Positions 11,441 to 22,912 of a stretch of 64,000 bases of DNA are shown one piece after another; the first letter of the stretch is position 1; each line of letters starts with the position of its first letter. The translations under genes and the position numbers were made by a program. The stretch is from Blepharisma stoltei ATCC 30299. Taxonomy: Eukaryota > Protista > Ciliophora. The notes under the pieces were generated by a model, which made no database searches, was not told the origin of the DNA, and was given only the letters and a program-made list of their open reading frames with translations. The stretch spans positions 124,001-188,000 of the forward strand of contig CBFDEM010000050.1 of the NCBI GenBank assembly GCA_965603825.1, read 5' to 3'.

Positions 11441-13792
11441 ATGTGGCAAAGATTAAGTATTGCTCTTCTTTGGCTGTTACTCTCGACCCAGTCTTTGGCG
11501 TCTAAAGATATTCACGAAACTCCAAAATTCTCCTTAAAAAGCTTAACTGACCCTCATTTAACGGATTACTACCCATTAAGAATTTCATTAGAGGTTGACG
11601 ACGATTTCCTTCAAAACACCCAGTTGAATAAGACTGTAAAATCAGCTGCTGACACTACAATGAAAATTTTATCATATTTAGTCCTTTCTAAAGCTTCAAA
11701 ATCTGGCTTTAAGTTTGGAGAGAAAATTCAGTGTGATGACTTTTTGATTCACCAGATAGTAAAAAGTCAAGGTATTGATGCAGACTTTGGCTTATTTATC
11801 AAATCAAGTAGTGATTTCGAAGATGACTTGATTACGATAAAGAAATGTGAAAGCGGAAGCCAACTTTTTGTCATCTCAATGGCAATAAACCCAGAGAAAT
11901 TCTTGGCTCTTGGAGAGGTCTCACAAATTAAATCAATATCCTCAGCAATTTCAAGCATCATTTTTGAGGATAATTTGTATAGAAATCAGCTACTGAGCGA
12001 AGTCGAAGACTACTTAACCGTCCACGCCTTTGAATATATGCCAGCAATCGCTGATACAGGTTGCAATCCTCCAATAAGCAATTGTGTTACTTGTAAAACG
12101 CCAACAGTTTGCTTTAATTGTTCTGCCAGCTATCTTCCAAATGAAGATGGCACTCAATGTTGTGCTGGGGAATATTGCAAAACTTGTAATGGCGGATTTA
12201 ACTGTGATTCGTGCATTGATGATTACATTTACTACAATGGAGAATGTCATCCATGCCCTTCATATTGTGCTCTATGTAACACAACAGCCTGTGTAGAATG
12301 TGACCCTGGCTATTATCCATTAGAAGGTATTATGTGTATGTGGTGCTCTACAGGATGTGAAATTTGCCATGCTGGTCCTTCAAGTCTCTCAATATGTACT
12401 CAATGTTATGATATAGACAACTCAGTACTTATAGATGGTGAATGTTCTTGCAAAAAAGCGAATCAAATATATAACCAAAATAATATATGTGTTTGCGCTC
12501 CAGGCTATTATGAAGATACAAATGGAATTTGCCAACCATGTAATACTGGCTGTGAAACCTGCACTTCTCCAAGCCAATGTATAACTTGTTTTGATAAAAA
12601 TCTTACAATTGCTAATGCAGATGGAAGCTGCTCATGCAAAACTAATGAGCTAACTTATAATACAACTACTCATACTTGTGATTGCCCAAGAGGTGAATAC
12701 CCTGACCTTGTAAGTGGACTTTGTGACCCATGCCAAGATAGTTGTGCATGGTGTATCGCATATGATATTTGCTTTGAGTGCATAAATAACAGCATTTTAT
12801 ATAATAGTGGAAATGGTAATTGCACGTGCTTAGATGGATCAAAAATCTATGATCCTACTACAAATACTTGTGTACCTTGCCCTGATGGGAAATACGCTTT
12901 CGATGGAAATTGCTATAACTGCATTTCTCCTTGCGCTGCATGCTCTTATTATGATCATTGCACAGAGTGCTTCCCAGGCATGCATTTATCCTCATCTAAT
13001 GCTAGTTGTGTCTGCAATGACCCTACTCAAACCTTCAATTCAAGTACAAACACCTGTGGAGACTGCACCGAGGGAAGTTGCAAATGCACAGATTCACAAG
13101 TTTACGATCCCACAACAAAAACTTGTGTTTCTTGTCCTACTGGAAAATATGCATCTGATGGAGTATGCTCCCCATGCCAGTCAACTTGCTTAGCATGCTC
13201 ATCTTCTAGTGAGTGCACACAATGCTACCAAGGCATGGATTTATCATCCAATGGTGCTTGTGAATGCACAGGCACTAATGAAGTATTTGACCCAACTTCA
13301 AAAACTTGTCAAGCCTCATGCTCAGATCCATCCAAGGTTTATGACCCTTTAACGAAGTCCTGCGACAATTGTCCTAATGGAAAATATGCTTCTGACGGAG
13401 TATGCCTTCCGTGTCAGTCGAATTGTCTTACCTGTACAAACAATAATGGATGCACAGAATGCTACTCAGGCATGACTTTGTTGTCAAATAACACTTGTGT
13501 GTGTAGTGATTCTGAAAAAATATTTGACCCAAGTGCAAAGAGTTGTAAAGATTGCAGCGATACCCAAAATGGCTGTGAAAATAATAGCTGCGCAGAAGGA
13601 TGCATTTTATGTGCGTCCCCTGAGGTTTGTGAAACTTGCTATGATTCTGAGAATATGGTTAATAATAATGGAGTATGCAGCTGTGCAAAGCCAAATCAAA
13701 AGTTCAGCGTTTCTGAGAAAAAATGTGTGGACAGTAGCTCAGCAAAGGGGCTAGTTTTGGCTTGGATTTTGGCACTTTATGCAGCTATTTAA
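11441..13792 (+). CDS. Cys-rich surface protein paralog 3, 783 aa, predicted GPI anchor
   Basis: Uninterrupted ORF with the same architecture as paralog 2 plus extra Cys-repeat units. Confidence 0.92.
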   Translation: MWQRLSIALLWLLLSTQSLASKDIHETPKFSLKSLTDPHLTDYYPLRISLEVDDDFLQNTQLNKTVKSAADTTMKILSYLVLSKASKSGFKFGEKIQCDDFLIHQIVKSQGIDADFGLFIKSSSDFEDDLITIKKCESGSQLFVISMAINPEKFLALGEVSQIKSISSAISSIIFEDNLYRNQLLSEVEDYLTVHAFEYMPAIADTGCNPPISNCVTCKTPTVCFNCSASYLPNEDGTQCCAGEYCKTCNGGFNCDSCIDDYIYYNGECHPCPSYCALCNTTACVECDPGYYPLEGIMCMWCSTGCEICHAGPSSLSICTQCYDIDNSVLIDGECSCKKANQIYNQNNICVCAPGYYEDTNGICQPCNTGCETCTSPSQCITCFDKNLTIANADGSCSCKTNELTYNTTTHTCDCPRGEYPDLVSGLCDPCQDSCAWCIAYDICFECINNSILYNSGNGNCTCLDGSKIYDPTTNTCVPCPDGKYAFDGNCYNCISPCAACSYYDHCTECFPGMHLSSSNASCVCNDPTQTFNSSTNTCGDCTEGSCKCTDSQVYDPTTKTCVSCPTGKYASDGVCSPCQSTCLACSSSSECTQCYQGMDLSSNGACECTGTNEVFDPTSKTCQASCSDPSKVYDPLTKSCDNCPNGKYASDGVCLPCQSNCLTCTNNNGCTECYSGMTLLSNNTCVCSDSEKIFDPSAKSCKDCSDTQNGCENNSCAEGCILCASPEVCETCYDSENMVNNNGVCSCAKPNQKFSVSEKKCVDSSSAKGLVLAWILALYAAI

Positions 13793-14099
13793 TCTAACTA
13801 AGATCTTCAAGCTTAATTAGACGTTAATAAATAGTCTATTTATGGTAACAATAGTAATCTTATAAAAAATTATTTTAAATTTGCGAAATGTCTATTTATA
13901 TCTTTCTTGTCTATAAAATAACTGACGAAAATACTCTGTAAATGAGAAATTGAAAGTAATCGAAATGCAATAAAACTTAAGTTCAAGAGACAAAACAGCG
14001 GTCTACTTTATTTAAAGGCAGAAAAACGATTTAGTCTATTTATTTTGATTAGATATAATTAAGTATTTTCAGAATGAAAATATTATAGAGTTCTAATTT

Positions 14100-14905
14100 G
14101 CTTAGCCTACTCAAATATTTTTCCTGATCCTTTATTATAGAAAAGCACAGAAGCGCAAGCCAAATAAAGCCATTCTTTTTTCATTTATTAATATTTCTTA
14201 TAAGTGCAGCTAGTTTTCTTTCAAAATTTGCTGTCTGATATGGAAAAAGGCTCCAGGTCTCGATACATTTGAACAGATAAGTCAAGCTAAATAAGGAAAT
14301 TGCGAATTCGATAAAGCAATTTAAGGCTCACCAAGTGTTAAAAATTAAATGGCAAACTAGAAACAAAAAATTAAGCAAAGGCCATAAAAAATATCAAAAT
14401 ACCTAAAACCATATCAGCATCATTGACATCGTTTCCATCTTCGTAAAAAATATGAGTAGCATCATGCACAAGCGAAGTAAATCCTATAAAAACTGTTGGG
14501 GAAAAGATCAAAAATGTAGCATATCATTCTCCATAATAGGAAGCAGCTATATATTCTACCAATAGAAGTCCTCCATAGTTTATAAGTATTAAAAATCAAA
14601 AGCTTCCTTAGCCTTTTAAAGCAACTGCTATCCCTTGTAAAGCAAGAAATAAAAGCAGCAGCCACAGCATATGGGTGTATAAAGGATACAATAATAACCG
14701 AAGTCACTGAGGTTTTCAGGTGAGATATAAGCAATGTTGAATATTAATTCTGAATGAACTGAATAGTAAAAAAAATTTGATAAAATTAAGTAAAAAAGTA
14801 GAATAAAAGCCTATCCTTTTTCTAACGTCTGATTAAAAGCTAAACTGCACAATGAAAATCCCAGTATGAAAAAGAAGAACTCGACTACGTAAAATATTGC
14901 GTCCT
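14100..14905 (-). pseudogene. Possible decayed membrane-protein gene
   Basis: Hydrophobic coding-like fragments (FYVVEFFFFILGFSLC; YGGLLLVEYIAASYYGEWYATFLIF; MVLGILIFFMAFA) broken by TAG/TAA and frame changes. Confidence 0.3.
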
Positions 14906-15099
14906 TTTATATTAAATTAATTTGCCTAGCCTAATAAATATTATCTCTCAAACACTTCAATTTGATAATAATGGACTTCTCCTAATGGCTTCAGATAAAT
15001 TTGATAGTTTATAAATCTAATAATAAATCCATCAGATAACTATTAAATAAATAAATTTTGCTGTTTTATTTCATAATCAACTCTCAGTTATAGATTAAT

Positions 15100-16368
15100 A
15101 TGGGTGAAAATTTATTGAAAGAGAATCACCTAAAACTATTTGACGCAAGGACAAATCAATCACTATCAACATATCAGGAGCATAAAATTAGCATTTCTAA
15201 CCCCATTACAGATTTGATTAAAGGACAGCTCGAAAGTCTGCTAAACAAAATCCAAAAAATTAATTCAAAAATATCTTGTTTAGATGCGCAGAATAAACTT
15301 AAGTGTCATTATTGTTTTGCCTTGCCGCTTTATGATTACATTATTCCCTGTTATCAAGAAATTGAAAAATGAGCTAGAGAAGTTGAAAACGAACTCAATT
15401 TAGCCTTATTTATATATCAAAGCGAAGATATGTCAAAATCATTATACGACTCAAATATTGAAATCCAAAACTATTTTGCTATTTATTGCAGTTTATGTCA
15501 AGAATTTTTAAAGAAATCTATTGACATAGAAACTAAGTTTGCTCAAGAGCTGGAAAAAGAATTTGATATTTATAAATCAAATATTATTACGTTAGTTAAT
15601 AGAAAAAGCAATCAAACAAGGATTTCTTTTTATAATATAGAAAATCAATCATTTTTATGCAAGCTTATAAATACCCCTGAGCCACTAAGTGAGTTTACAT
15701 GCATTACTCAGCTTCCAAATAATGAAATATTTTGCTTTGGAAATAATTACCCTGTTTCTGGAGTTACTTGTATAATTAATACGAATTTACTTACATGTAG
15801 GGCATTAGTGGATGGAAAACCTTGCTATAATTCATCATCTATCTATTATAATAGATTTGTATATGTTTTTGGAGGATGTGATGACTATGATTGCCTTCAG
15901 CATGCAGCAAAATATGATCTCTCCGAAAATAGATGAATAAACCTTACACAGCTTCCAGGACTAGCTCTAATTTGTTCATGCATCCAATTTAAACATAAAA
16001 TTCTTTTGTCAGGACTAGGTTTAAGATCTATTTACAGCTATGACCCAATAATCAACAGCTATTCAGTGGTGACAAATTTTTATCTTGATGAGAATGCTTT
16101 GAAAATTCTTATATTAGTAGATTCCAGAATTTATTTAATCACCCAGAAAAACCTTTATCAAAGTGAATTTTTGGATGAATTTAACTGAACTCGTATCTCA
16201 GATATATATATGCCACATTATGTTCAGATTTTTAAAGTATATGGTAATGAAGGTGTGTATGTTGGTCTGAATTATTTTGGAATTAATGAAGGAAATTTTT
16301 ATCATTATTGCTTGTTTAATATAAAAAAGAAGACGTTTGATTCTGTTAATTTATATAAAATTCTTTAA
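15100..16368 (+). CDS. Kelch-repeat beta-propeller protein, copy A (422 aa)
   Basis: Three TGA=Trp codons join the track ORFs. Kelch motif VYVFGG..KYDLSENRW has TGA at the conserved Trp. Ends with TAA at 16368. Confidence 0.85.
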
Positions 16369-16687
16369 AGAGTTATCTAATAATAATTAGGAAAGATCTA
16401 TCTTAAACTACATGATAGTTGACTTAATTACTAGGCACTTTCCTCTTATTAATATTCAAATAATAGTTTCAAAATTTAAATTTTTGCTCTCAGGCTATTC
16501 CACTTAGCCTAATAAATATATTTTTCGAGTACTTCAATTTCATAATAATGGGCCCGTCCTAATTGTTGCAGATATATTTCATATATTTTTGATAGTTTAT
16601 AAAGCGAATAATAAATTCATCAGATAGCTATTAAATAAATAAATTTTGCTGTTATATTTTATAATCAAGCCTAAGTTATAGTTTAAT

Positions 16688-17955
16688 ATGGATGAAAATC
16701 TATTGAAAGAGAATCACCTAAAATTATTTGGCGCAAGCACAAATCAATCACTATCAACATGTCAGGAAAATAATGTCAGCATTTCTAACCCCATTACAGA
16801 TTTGATCAAAGGACAGCTCGAAAGTCTGCTAAACAAAATCCAAAAAATTAATTCAAAAATATCTTGTTTAGATGCACAAAATAAACTTAAGCATCATTAT
16901 TGCTTTACCTTGCCGCTTTATGATTACATTATTCCCTGTTATCAAGAAATTGAAAAATGAGCTAAAGAAGTGGAAAACGAACTTAACTTAACCTTATTTA
17001 TATATCAAAGTGAAGATATGTCAAAATCATTATACGATTCAAATATTGAAATCCAAAATTACTTTGCTATTTATTGCAGCTTTTGTCAAGAATTTTTAAA
17101 GAAATCTATTGACATTAAAACTAAGTTTGCTCAAGAGCTGGAAAAAGAATTTGATATTTATAAATCAAATTTTATAACTTTATTGATAGAAAAAGCAGCC
17201 AAACAAGGATTTCTTTTTATAATATAGAAAATCAATCATTTTTATGCAGGCTTATAAATACCCCTGAGCCACTGAGTGACTATACATGCATTACTCAGCT
17301 TCCAAATAATGAATTATTTTGCTTTGGAAATAATTACCCGGTTTCTGGTGTTACTTGTATAATTAATACAGATTTGCTTACATGCAGAGCATTGATAGAT
17401 GGGAAACCTTGCTATAATTCATCATCTATTTATTATAATAGATTTGTATATGTTTTTGGAGGATGTGATGACTATGATTGCATTTTGCATGCAGCAAAAT
17501 ATGATCTCTCCGAAAATAGATGAATAAACCTTACGCAGCTTCCAGGACTAGCTCTAATTTGTTCATGCATCCAATTTAATCATAAAATTCTTTTTTCAGG
17601 TCGAGGTTCAAGATATATTTACAGCTATGACCCAATAATCAACAGCTATTCAGCGTTGTGATATTTTTTTCTCGATGGGCATAGTTCAAAAGTTCTTATA
17701 TTAGCAGATTCCAGAATTTATTTAATCACCCAGAAAAACCTTTATCAAAGTGAATTTTTGGATGAATTTAACTGAACTCGTATCTCAGATATATATATGT
17801 CACATTATCAGCAAATGTTTAAAGTGTATGGTAATGAAGGTGTGTATGCTGGTCTGAGTTATAATGGGATAAATGAAGGAAATTTTTATGAGTATTACTT
17901 GTTTAATATAAAAAAGAAGACGTTTGATTCTGTTAATTTATATAAAATTCTTTAA
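16688..17955 (+). pseudogene. Kelch-repeat protein copy B with 1-nt frameshift
   Basis: Near-identical tandem copy, 1268 nt vs 1269 nt. One base is missing near 17183 (tta gtt aat aga vs tta -tt gat aga), giving TAG at 17225. Confidence 0.75.
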
Positions 17956-18200
17956 AGAGTATCTAATAATAATTCGGAAAGATCTATCTTAAACTACATG
18001 ATAGTTGACTTAATTACTAGGCACTTTCCTCTTATTAATATTCAAATAATAGTTTCAAAATTTAAATTTTTGCACTCAGGCTATTCCACTTAGCTATAAA
18101 AAAATTTTGTGGAAATACAACTTGCTCTATAATATAACTTATTAATTTACTAATTTAGAGAATTATAGCGTTATTATTTCTGATTTCTCCCTATATAATT

Positions 18201-18575
18201 ATGAGAAGAACAAAACGGTTTGGCATACACTCAAATAGAACTATAAAAAGATGCTATGGAAGAAGATGCTGTGAACACGATCTAGCAAGAGTTGTAGAAT
18301 GGTCATGCTCTAGATATACTAATGTTGCTAATTTTGAAGAAGCTAAGCAGAATTGAGTTAAGTCAAAGCTTCATAAACATTTTTTTGGAAATACGATATA
18401 TGGGAAAGGAAAAGTTCCATTCGATAGAACAACTCATAGAATAAGTCAACATCGCCGCCATTTTCTGTGGGATAGGATTGCCAATAATGAAGAAGATGTG
18501 TATATAGAAAAAGACATAGAATATGCTAAATTTCTTTGGAGTTTCAGGGGCATTTTAAAGGCTAAATATGCATAA
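18201..18575 (+). CDS. Small basic orphan protein, copy A (124 aa)
   Basis: MRRTKRFGIHS..CYGRRCCEHDL..QNW(TGA)VKSKLHKH..KAKYA*. Frame is preserved in the duplicate, with only 3n indels. Confidence 0.6.
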
Positions 18576-18686
18576 AATCCTATTAAACAAATTATAATGA
18601 CTTTTTTAATTGAAATTCTTTATAGCAGTAGAAGTAATTTTATGAGAATTATAGCGTTATTATTTCTGATTTCTCCCTATATAATT

Positions 18687-19028
18687 ATGAGAAGAACAAA
18701 ACGGTTTGGCATACACTCAAATAGAACTATAAAAAGATGCTATGGAAGAGGATGCTGTGAACACGATCTAGCAAGAGTTGTAGAATGGTCATGCTCTAGA
18801 TATACTAATGTTGCTAATTTTGAAGAAGCTAAGCAGAATTGAGTTAAGTCTAGCCTTCATAAACATTTTTTTGGAAATACGATATACGGGAAAGGAAAAG
18901 TTCCATTCAACAGAGCAACTCATAGAAAAAGTAAATATAGACGCAACAGCATTGCCAATAATGAAGATATGAATATAGAAAAAGACATAGATGATGCTAA
19001 ATTTCTTTGGAGTTTCAGGGATATTTAA
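18687..19028 (+). CDS. Small basic orphan protein, copy B (113 aa)
   Basis: Tandem duplicate (unit ~18158-18589 / 18644-19060) with -12 and -3 nt indels and TTA->TAA six codons early. Confidence 0.55.
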
Positions 19029-19108
19029 AAGGGTAAATATGCATAAAATCCTATTAAACATTTATCTATAAATTCAAGCTTTCCATTAGATTTATTTACT
19101 TTGAGCAT

Positions 19109-21853
19109 CTAAAAATCATAATCCCAGTCCTTTGAAATCATTGATTTTCCAAAAATATCTCCAGTTGTCAAAGCTCTCTCCATAGATTCATGACTCTACA
19201 TAAAAATTACAAGTAGTCCATTTAAAATATCTTCTTTTGATCTAAGTGCATTATTAATTTCCTCAGTCCAGTTTTCATGTGGAGGGATATAAGGAGGGAG
19301 GATTGATTTTCTTAAAAGTGCATCTCAATCAGTGCTGCTTACCCAATGATGTGATTTTAATACATCTATATTTCCTCTTGCTGCCGGAGTTGACTTATTA
19401 AGGAGCTTTTCAATAAAATTTTTTATTTTTTCAAAATGGGGCGGGGTTGAGCTTGGAAAAATAATAGGATCTTTTAGAACTATTTCATATATTTCAGTAG
19501 GATCATTTGATTCTTCTCCAAAAGGGAGATTTCCAAATGCAATTTGGAAAATCATGACCCCTAAACTTCAGTAATCACAGTATTGATTATACCCTTTGCC
19601 TAATATTACTTCAGGTGCCATATAATGAGGTGAGCCGATAATTGTGTAAGTTCTTCCATATAAAATAGTAGATGATCCAAAATCAACGAGCTTTGGATAG
19701 CCTTTTTCATCAATAATTATATTATCAGGATTTAAATCTCGATAAATAATTTTATTTTCATGTAAGTACTCTAGCATCATCAGAAAGCAGCATGCGTAAA
19801 ATTTTGTTGTGGAGTTAGATAGTTTTTTAAGGCGCTTTAGGACACTATAAAAGTCTTGGCCTTGTATGTATTCTAGTAAGAAATAGATTCGAGCCTGATC
19901 CTTCATAGTTTTCACAAGATTGATCATGAATGCGTGGTCTAGAATCATCATGATTTTTCTTTCCATGATAAGATTATCATGTAGTCGATAATTATTTATT
20001 TGTTTTCGGCTTATTGTTTTTAGTACATACAGGATTTTTCGTTTTTTGTGAACGACTAAATAGAAATTATAATATAAATCCTGACATATATAGCTAACAA
20101 TAGATAAATCATCCAATGTAATGAAATCGTTTCTTAAATCTATATGTCTCATAAGCTGTTTGTGCAAAGCTTTGTTAACTAGTTCTAAAAAATCAGTTTG
20201 ATTTAAAGTTCAGCATATTGTTTTGCCGACAGTTACAATTGTGGCACCTCTTTTTTCATTTAAAACAATTGCTCTTTCCCCAAAATATTCAAACTGATTA
20301 AGAGTTCTCATAACAATATTATTTTTTAAAACCTGAACTTGACCTCTCTTGATTACATAAAACTTGTCCCCAGGGTCACCTTGATGAAAAATGCACTCAT
20401 TTCCTTCAAATTCTTCAATTTTCAGCAAAGAAGACAAGTGTCTAAGTTTTTCATGAGATAAATCCCTGAATAGCTGAACTTTCCTTAGCACTGTAGCAAC
20501 TTGATTCTTTTCAAGTGCATCTATAAGGCTGCTCCCCAATACATTTTCAATATCTCTTATAGAGAATTCAGCTACTATCACCTTTACCCCAGCCTTCCAA
20601 ACTGTAGAATATTTTTCATCCCTCGGGTTCATAATATCTTCAGCTCCAATCACAGTTTGGTATGGGATCTCATCTTCTTTATTTTGTTCAGATACCAATT
20701 TACCGTCTAATAAAATCCACATCTTTGATCCTTTGTCTATTTCTGATCCGATTACGACATTTCCCTCATCATAAATTTTTATCTCTCCAATATCAATTAG
20801 TTTCTCAATTTGATTCTTCTTCAGGTTCCTTAAAACTGGATTTTTCTCAATAGCGAACTTCTGAGAATTTCTATAGGCAATACTTTGAAGTTTGTCACCA
20901 AATATTCTCACTAATTTATCTCTGGTAATTGCTAGCAGCTTAGCAACCCCGTCAGCAACTACCATTGCAGTTCTTTTTGTATCATACAGAAGTGCTTGAT
21001 CGCCAAAGAACTCTCCTTTTCCCATTAATCTAATATTAACACAGCCTTTGGAGCACATTACTTTTCCTCCAGTTATTATGTAAAATAAAATACCTTCATC
21101 TCCTTCACATATTATTTTTTCTCCATCTGCATACATAAGAGGTACTGATTCATTGAGCAATGCTTCCTTTTGCTCAGGTTCTAAATATTTAAAAATCTGG
21201 ATGCTCTCAAGAAATTTTTTGTTTTCATTATACTTTTCATTATATATAGATAGCATTGCAGCTTTAAATTGCTCTCGGTCTATTCCTCACATAGAAGTCC
21301 TTTCTATCGTTTTCACTGTAGCTGTTCTAGTTGAATTAAGCATAAGTGCAATTTCTCCTACGCAGCATCCTTTACTAATAATTCTTTTATGTTTTCCATT
21401 AATTATGACTTCTAGTTTTCCAGAAGTGACTACGAAGAAATTATTTCCGATTTCTCCTTGATAGAAAATTGTTTCTCCTGGCTTGCTGATAGTATAATAC
21501 TTCATTTGAGGAATAAAAACCTTTAGGCTTTCTTCTGATAGGCTTGAGAAAAGATAATGATTTTTTAAGGCTTTCCTTATGGTTTCCATTTCCTTCAAGT
21601 TTGGTGGCCTATCAATAACTATTGCTGATGGAACGTCAGCTTCGTCAGAATTTTTTTTATTTATTGAAGTTAATTTTCTCATAACGACACTTGACCTTCT
21701 TGACATTCCAACAACACTTGACCTTCTTGACATTCCGCTTTTTGGGGTTTCTGAAATGGTGTTATCGGCGAAGAGCAAATTTGGACTACTAATTTGCATA
21801 GACAAGCTGCGAGTATTCTTTTTCGCTCTACAGTTTGACGCACAATTACCCAT
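19109..21853 (-). CDS. PKG: cGMP-dependent protein kinase-like (multiple cNMP-binding domains plus AGC kinase)
   Basis: MGNC N-terminus and cNMP-binding repeats (FFGDQAL..RTA, YFGERAI..RGA). Four TGA=W including YCDYWSLG. A 15-nt intron at 19196-19210 restores the AGC-type end KDWDYDF*. Confidence 0.9.
19196..19210 (-). other. 15-nt spliceosomal intron GTAATTTTTATGTAG
   Basis: Contains an in-frame TAG; removal restores the PKG C-terminus. Confidence 0.9.
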
Positions 21854-22197
21854 GCTTTGATTACTTTTATTATAAAACGTAACTCTTTCAATTTTTTTCG
21901 ATTAAGATAGGCATTTTATTATAATTATCTTTTATAGCAATAAAATTTTCATTTGTCATAATCATTATCTTTTTACCTTAAGGAGCAAATTTATTTAAGA
22001 CGAATGTGGTGATACTAGGCTAGCATACTAGCTTATTTATATTTACTATTCAATTTTCTTTTATTAATAAAGGATAAATCGCATATTAATATTATCTAGC
22101 CTATTAATCCCCTATAATTAAAAATTTATATTTTAAAACCCAAATAATTGCTCTTATAGGAACTTCTTTTAGATTAAAAAGGTTGCAAAAATTAATA

Positions 22198-22845
22198 ATG
22201 TCTGCTCAAGAGATTCAATCAAGTATTCAATTTAAGCTCCTCATTATTGGAAGCTCTGGAGTTGGCAAGTCATGCTTTTTGCTGCAATTTACAGAAGGAG
22301 TTTTTAAGCAAGATCACATAGTAACTATAGGAGTTGAGTATGGTGCGAAAAATATAACAATAAACAACACTCTAGTCAAACTCCAAATCTGGGATACAGC
22401 TGGGCAGGAAGAATATCGCTCAATCACAAGAACATTTTATAGGAACGCTCATGGTATTATCATTATGTATGATATTACTAATCTCGAGACTTTTGAAGAT
22501 ATCGATTCATGAATCAACGAAGCCAAACAAAATGCAGGACCTGATGTTTCTCTATTTTTAGTAGGAAATGTTTTAGATTTATCACCAGAAGAACGAGAAG
22601 TTGACACAGATATTGCTGAAAAATATGCTGCAGAGAATAAATTAGACGGGTTTATGGAAACCTCTGCAAAAACAGCGGAAAACGTAACTGAGTAAGAATA
22701 ATTCAGAGTTTTTACAAAATTTGGGGAAATTTTGTATAAAAAGCACAGAAGTGAAATAACTGCCTTAAATCCAGAGGTACGACCAAATGATCCAGGAGTT
22801 ATTATAAGACCTACAGATGCCAAGAAAAAGAAAGGATGCTGCTAA
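22198..22845 (+). CDS. Rab GTPase (Rab2/4/14-like)
   Basis: GSSGVGKS, TIGVEYG, WDTAGQE and ETSAK motifs; TGA at the conserved W (EDIDSWINE); intron 22692-22706; ends KKKKGCC*. Confidence 0.93.
22692..22706 (+). other. 15-nt intron GTAAGAATAATTCAG
   Basis: Contains in-frame TAA; removal gives ENVTEVF. Confidence 0.9.
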
Positions 22846-22912
22846 TTTAATTATATCATTCAATTATTTTCTGTTTGGAAAATCTAAATTACAGCGTTCA
22901 TTATAAATAACC

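Larger units (their letters stand above)
14927..18094 (+). repeat. Tandem segmental duplication, unit ~1.59 kb
   Basis: Upstream region, CDS and 3' flank (..caggctattccacttagc) are repeated. Junction near 16505. Confidence 0.9.

Noticed and set aside
18760-18960. Weak riboflavin-kinase-like string (EIRY..KFHSTEQLIEKV) and minus-strand ORF 18789-19061
   Set aside because: The riboflavin-kinase-like frame contains TAG/TAA stops and its ATG-based support is lacking. The minus ORF's ATG is not shared by copy A. The plus-strand ATG frame is conserved in both copies.
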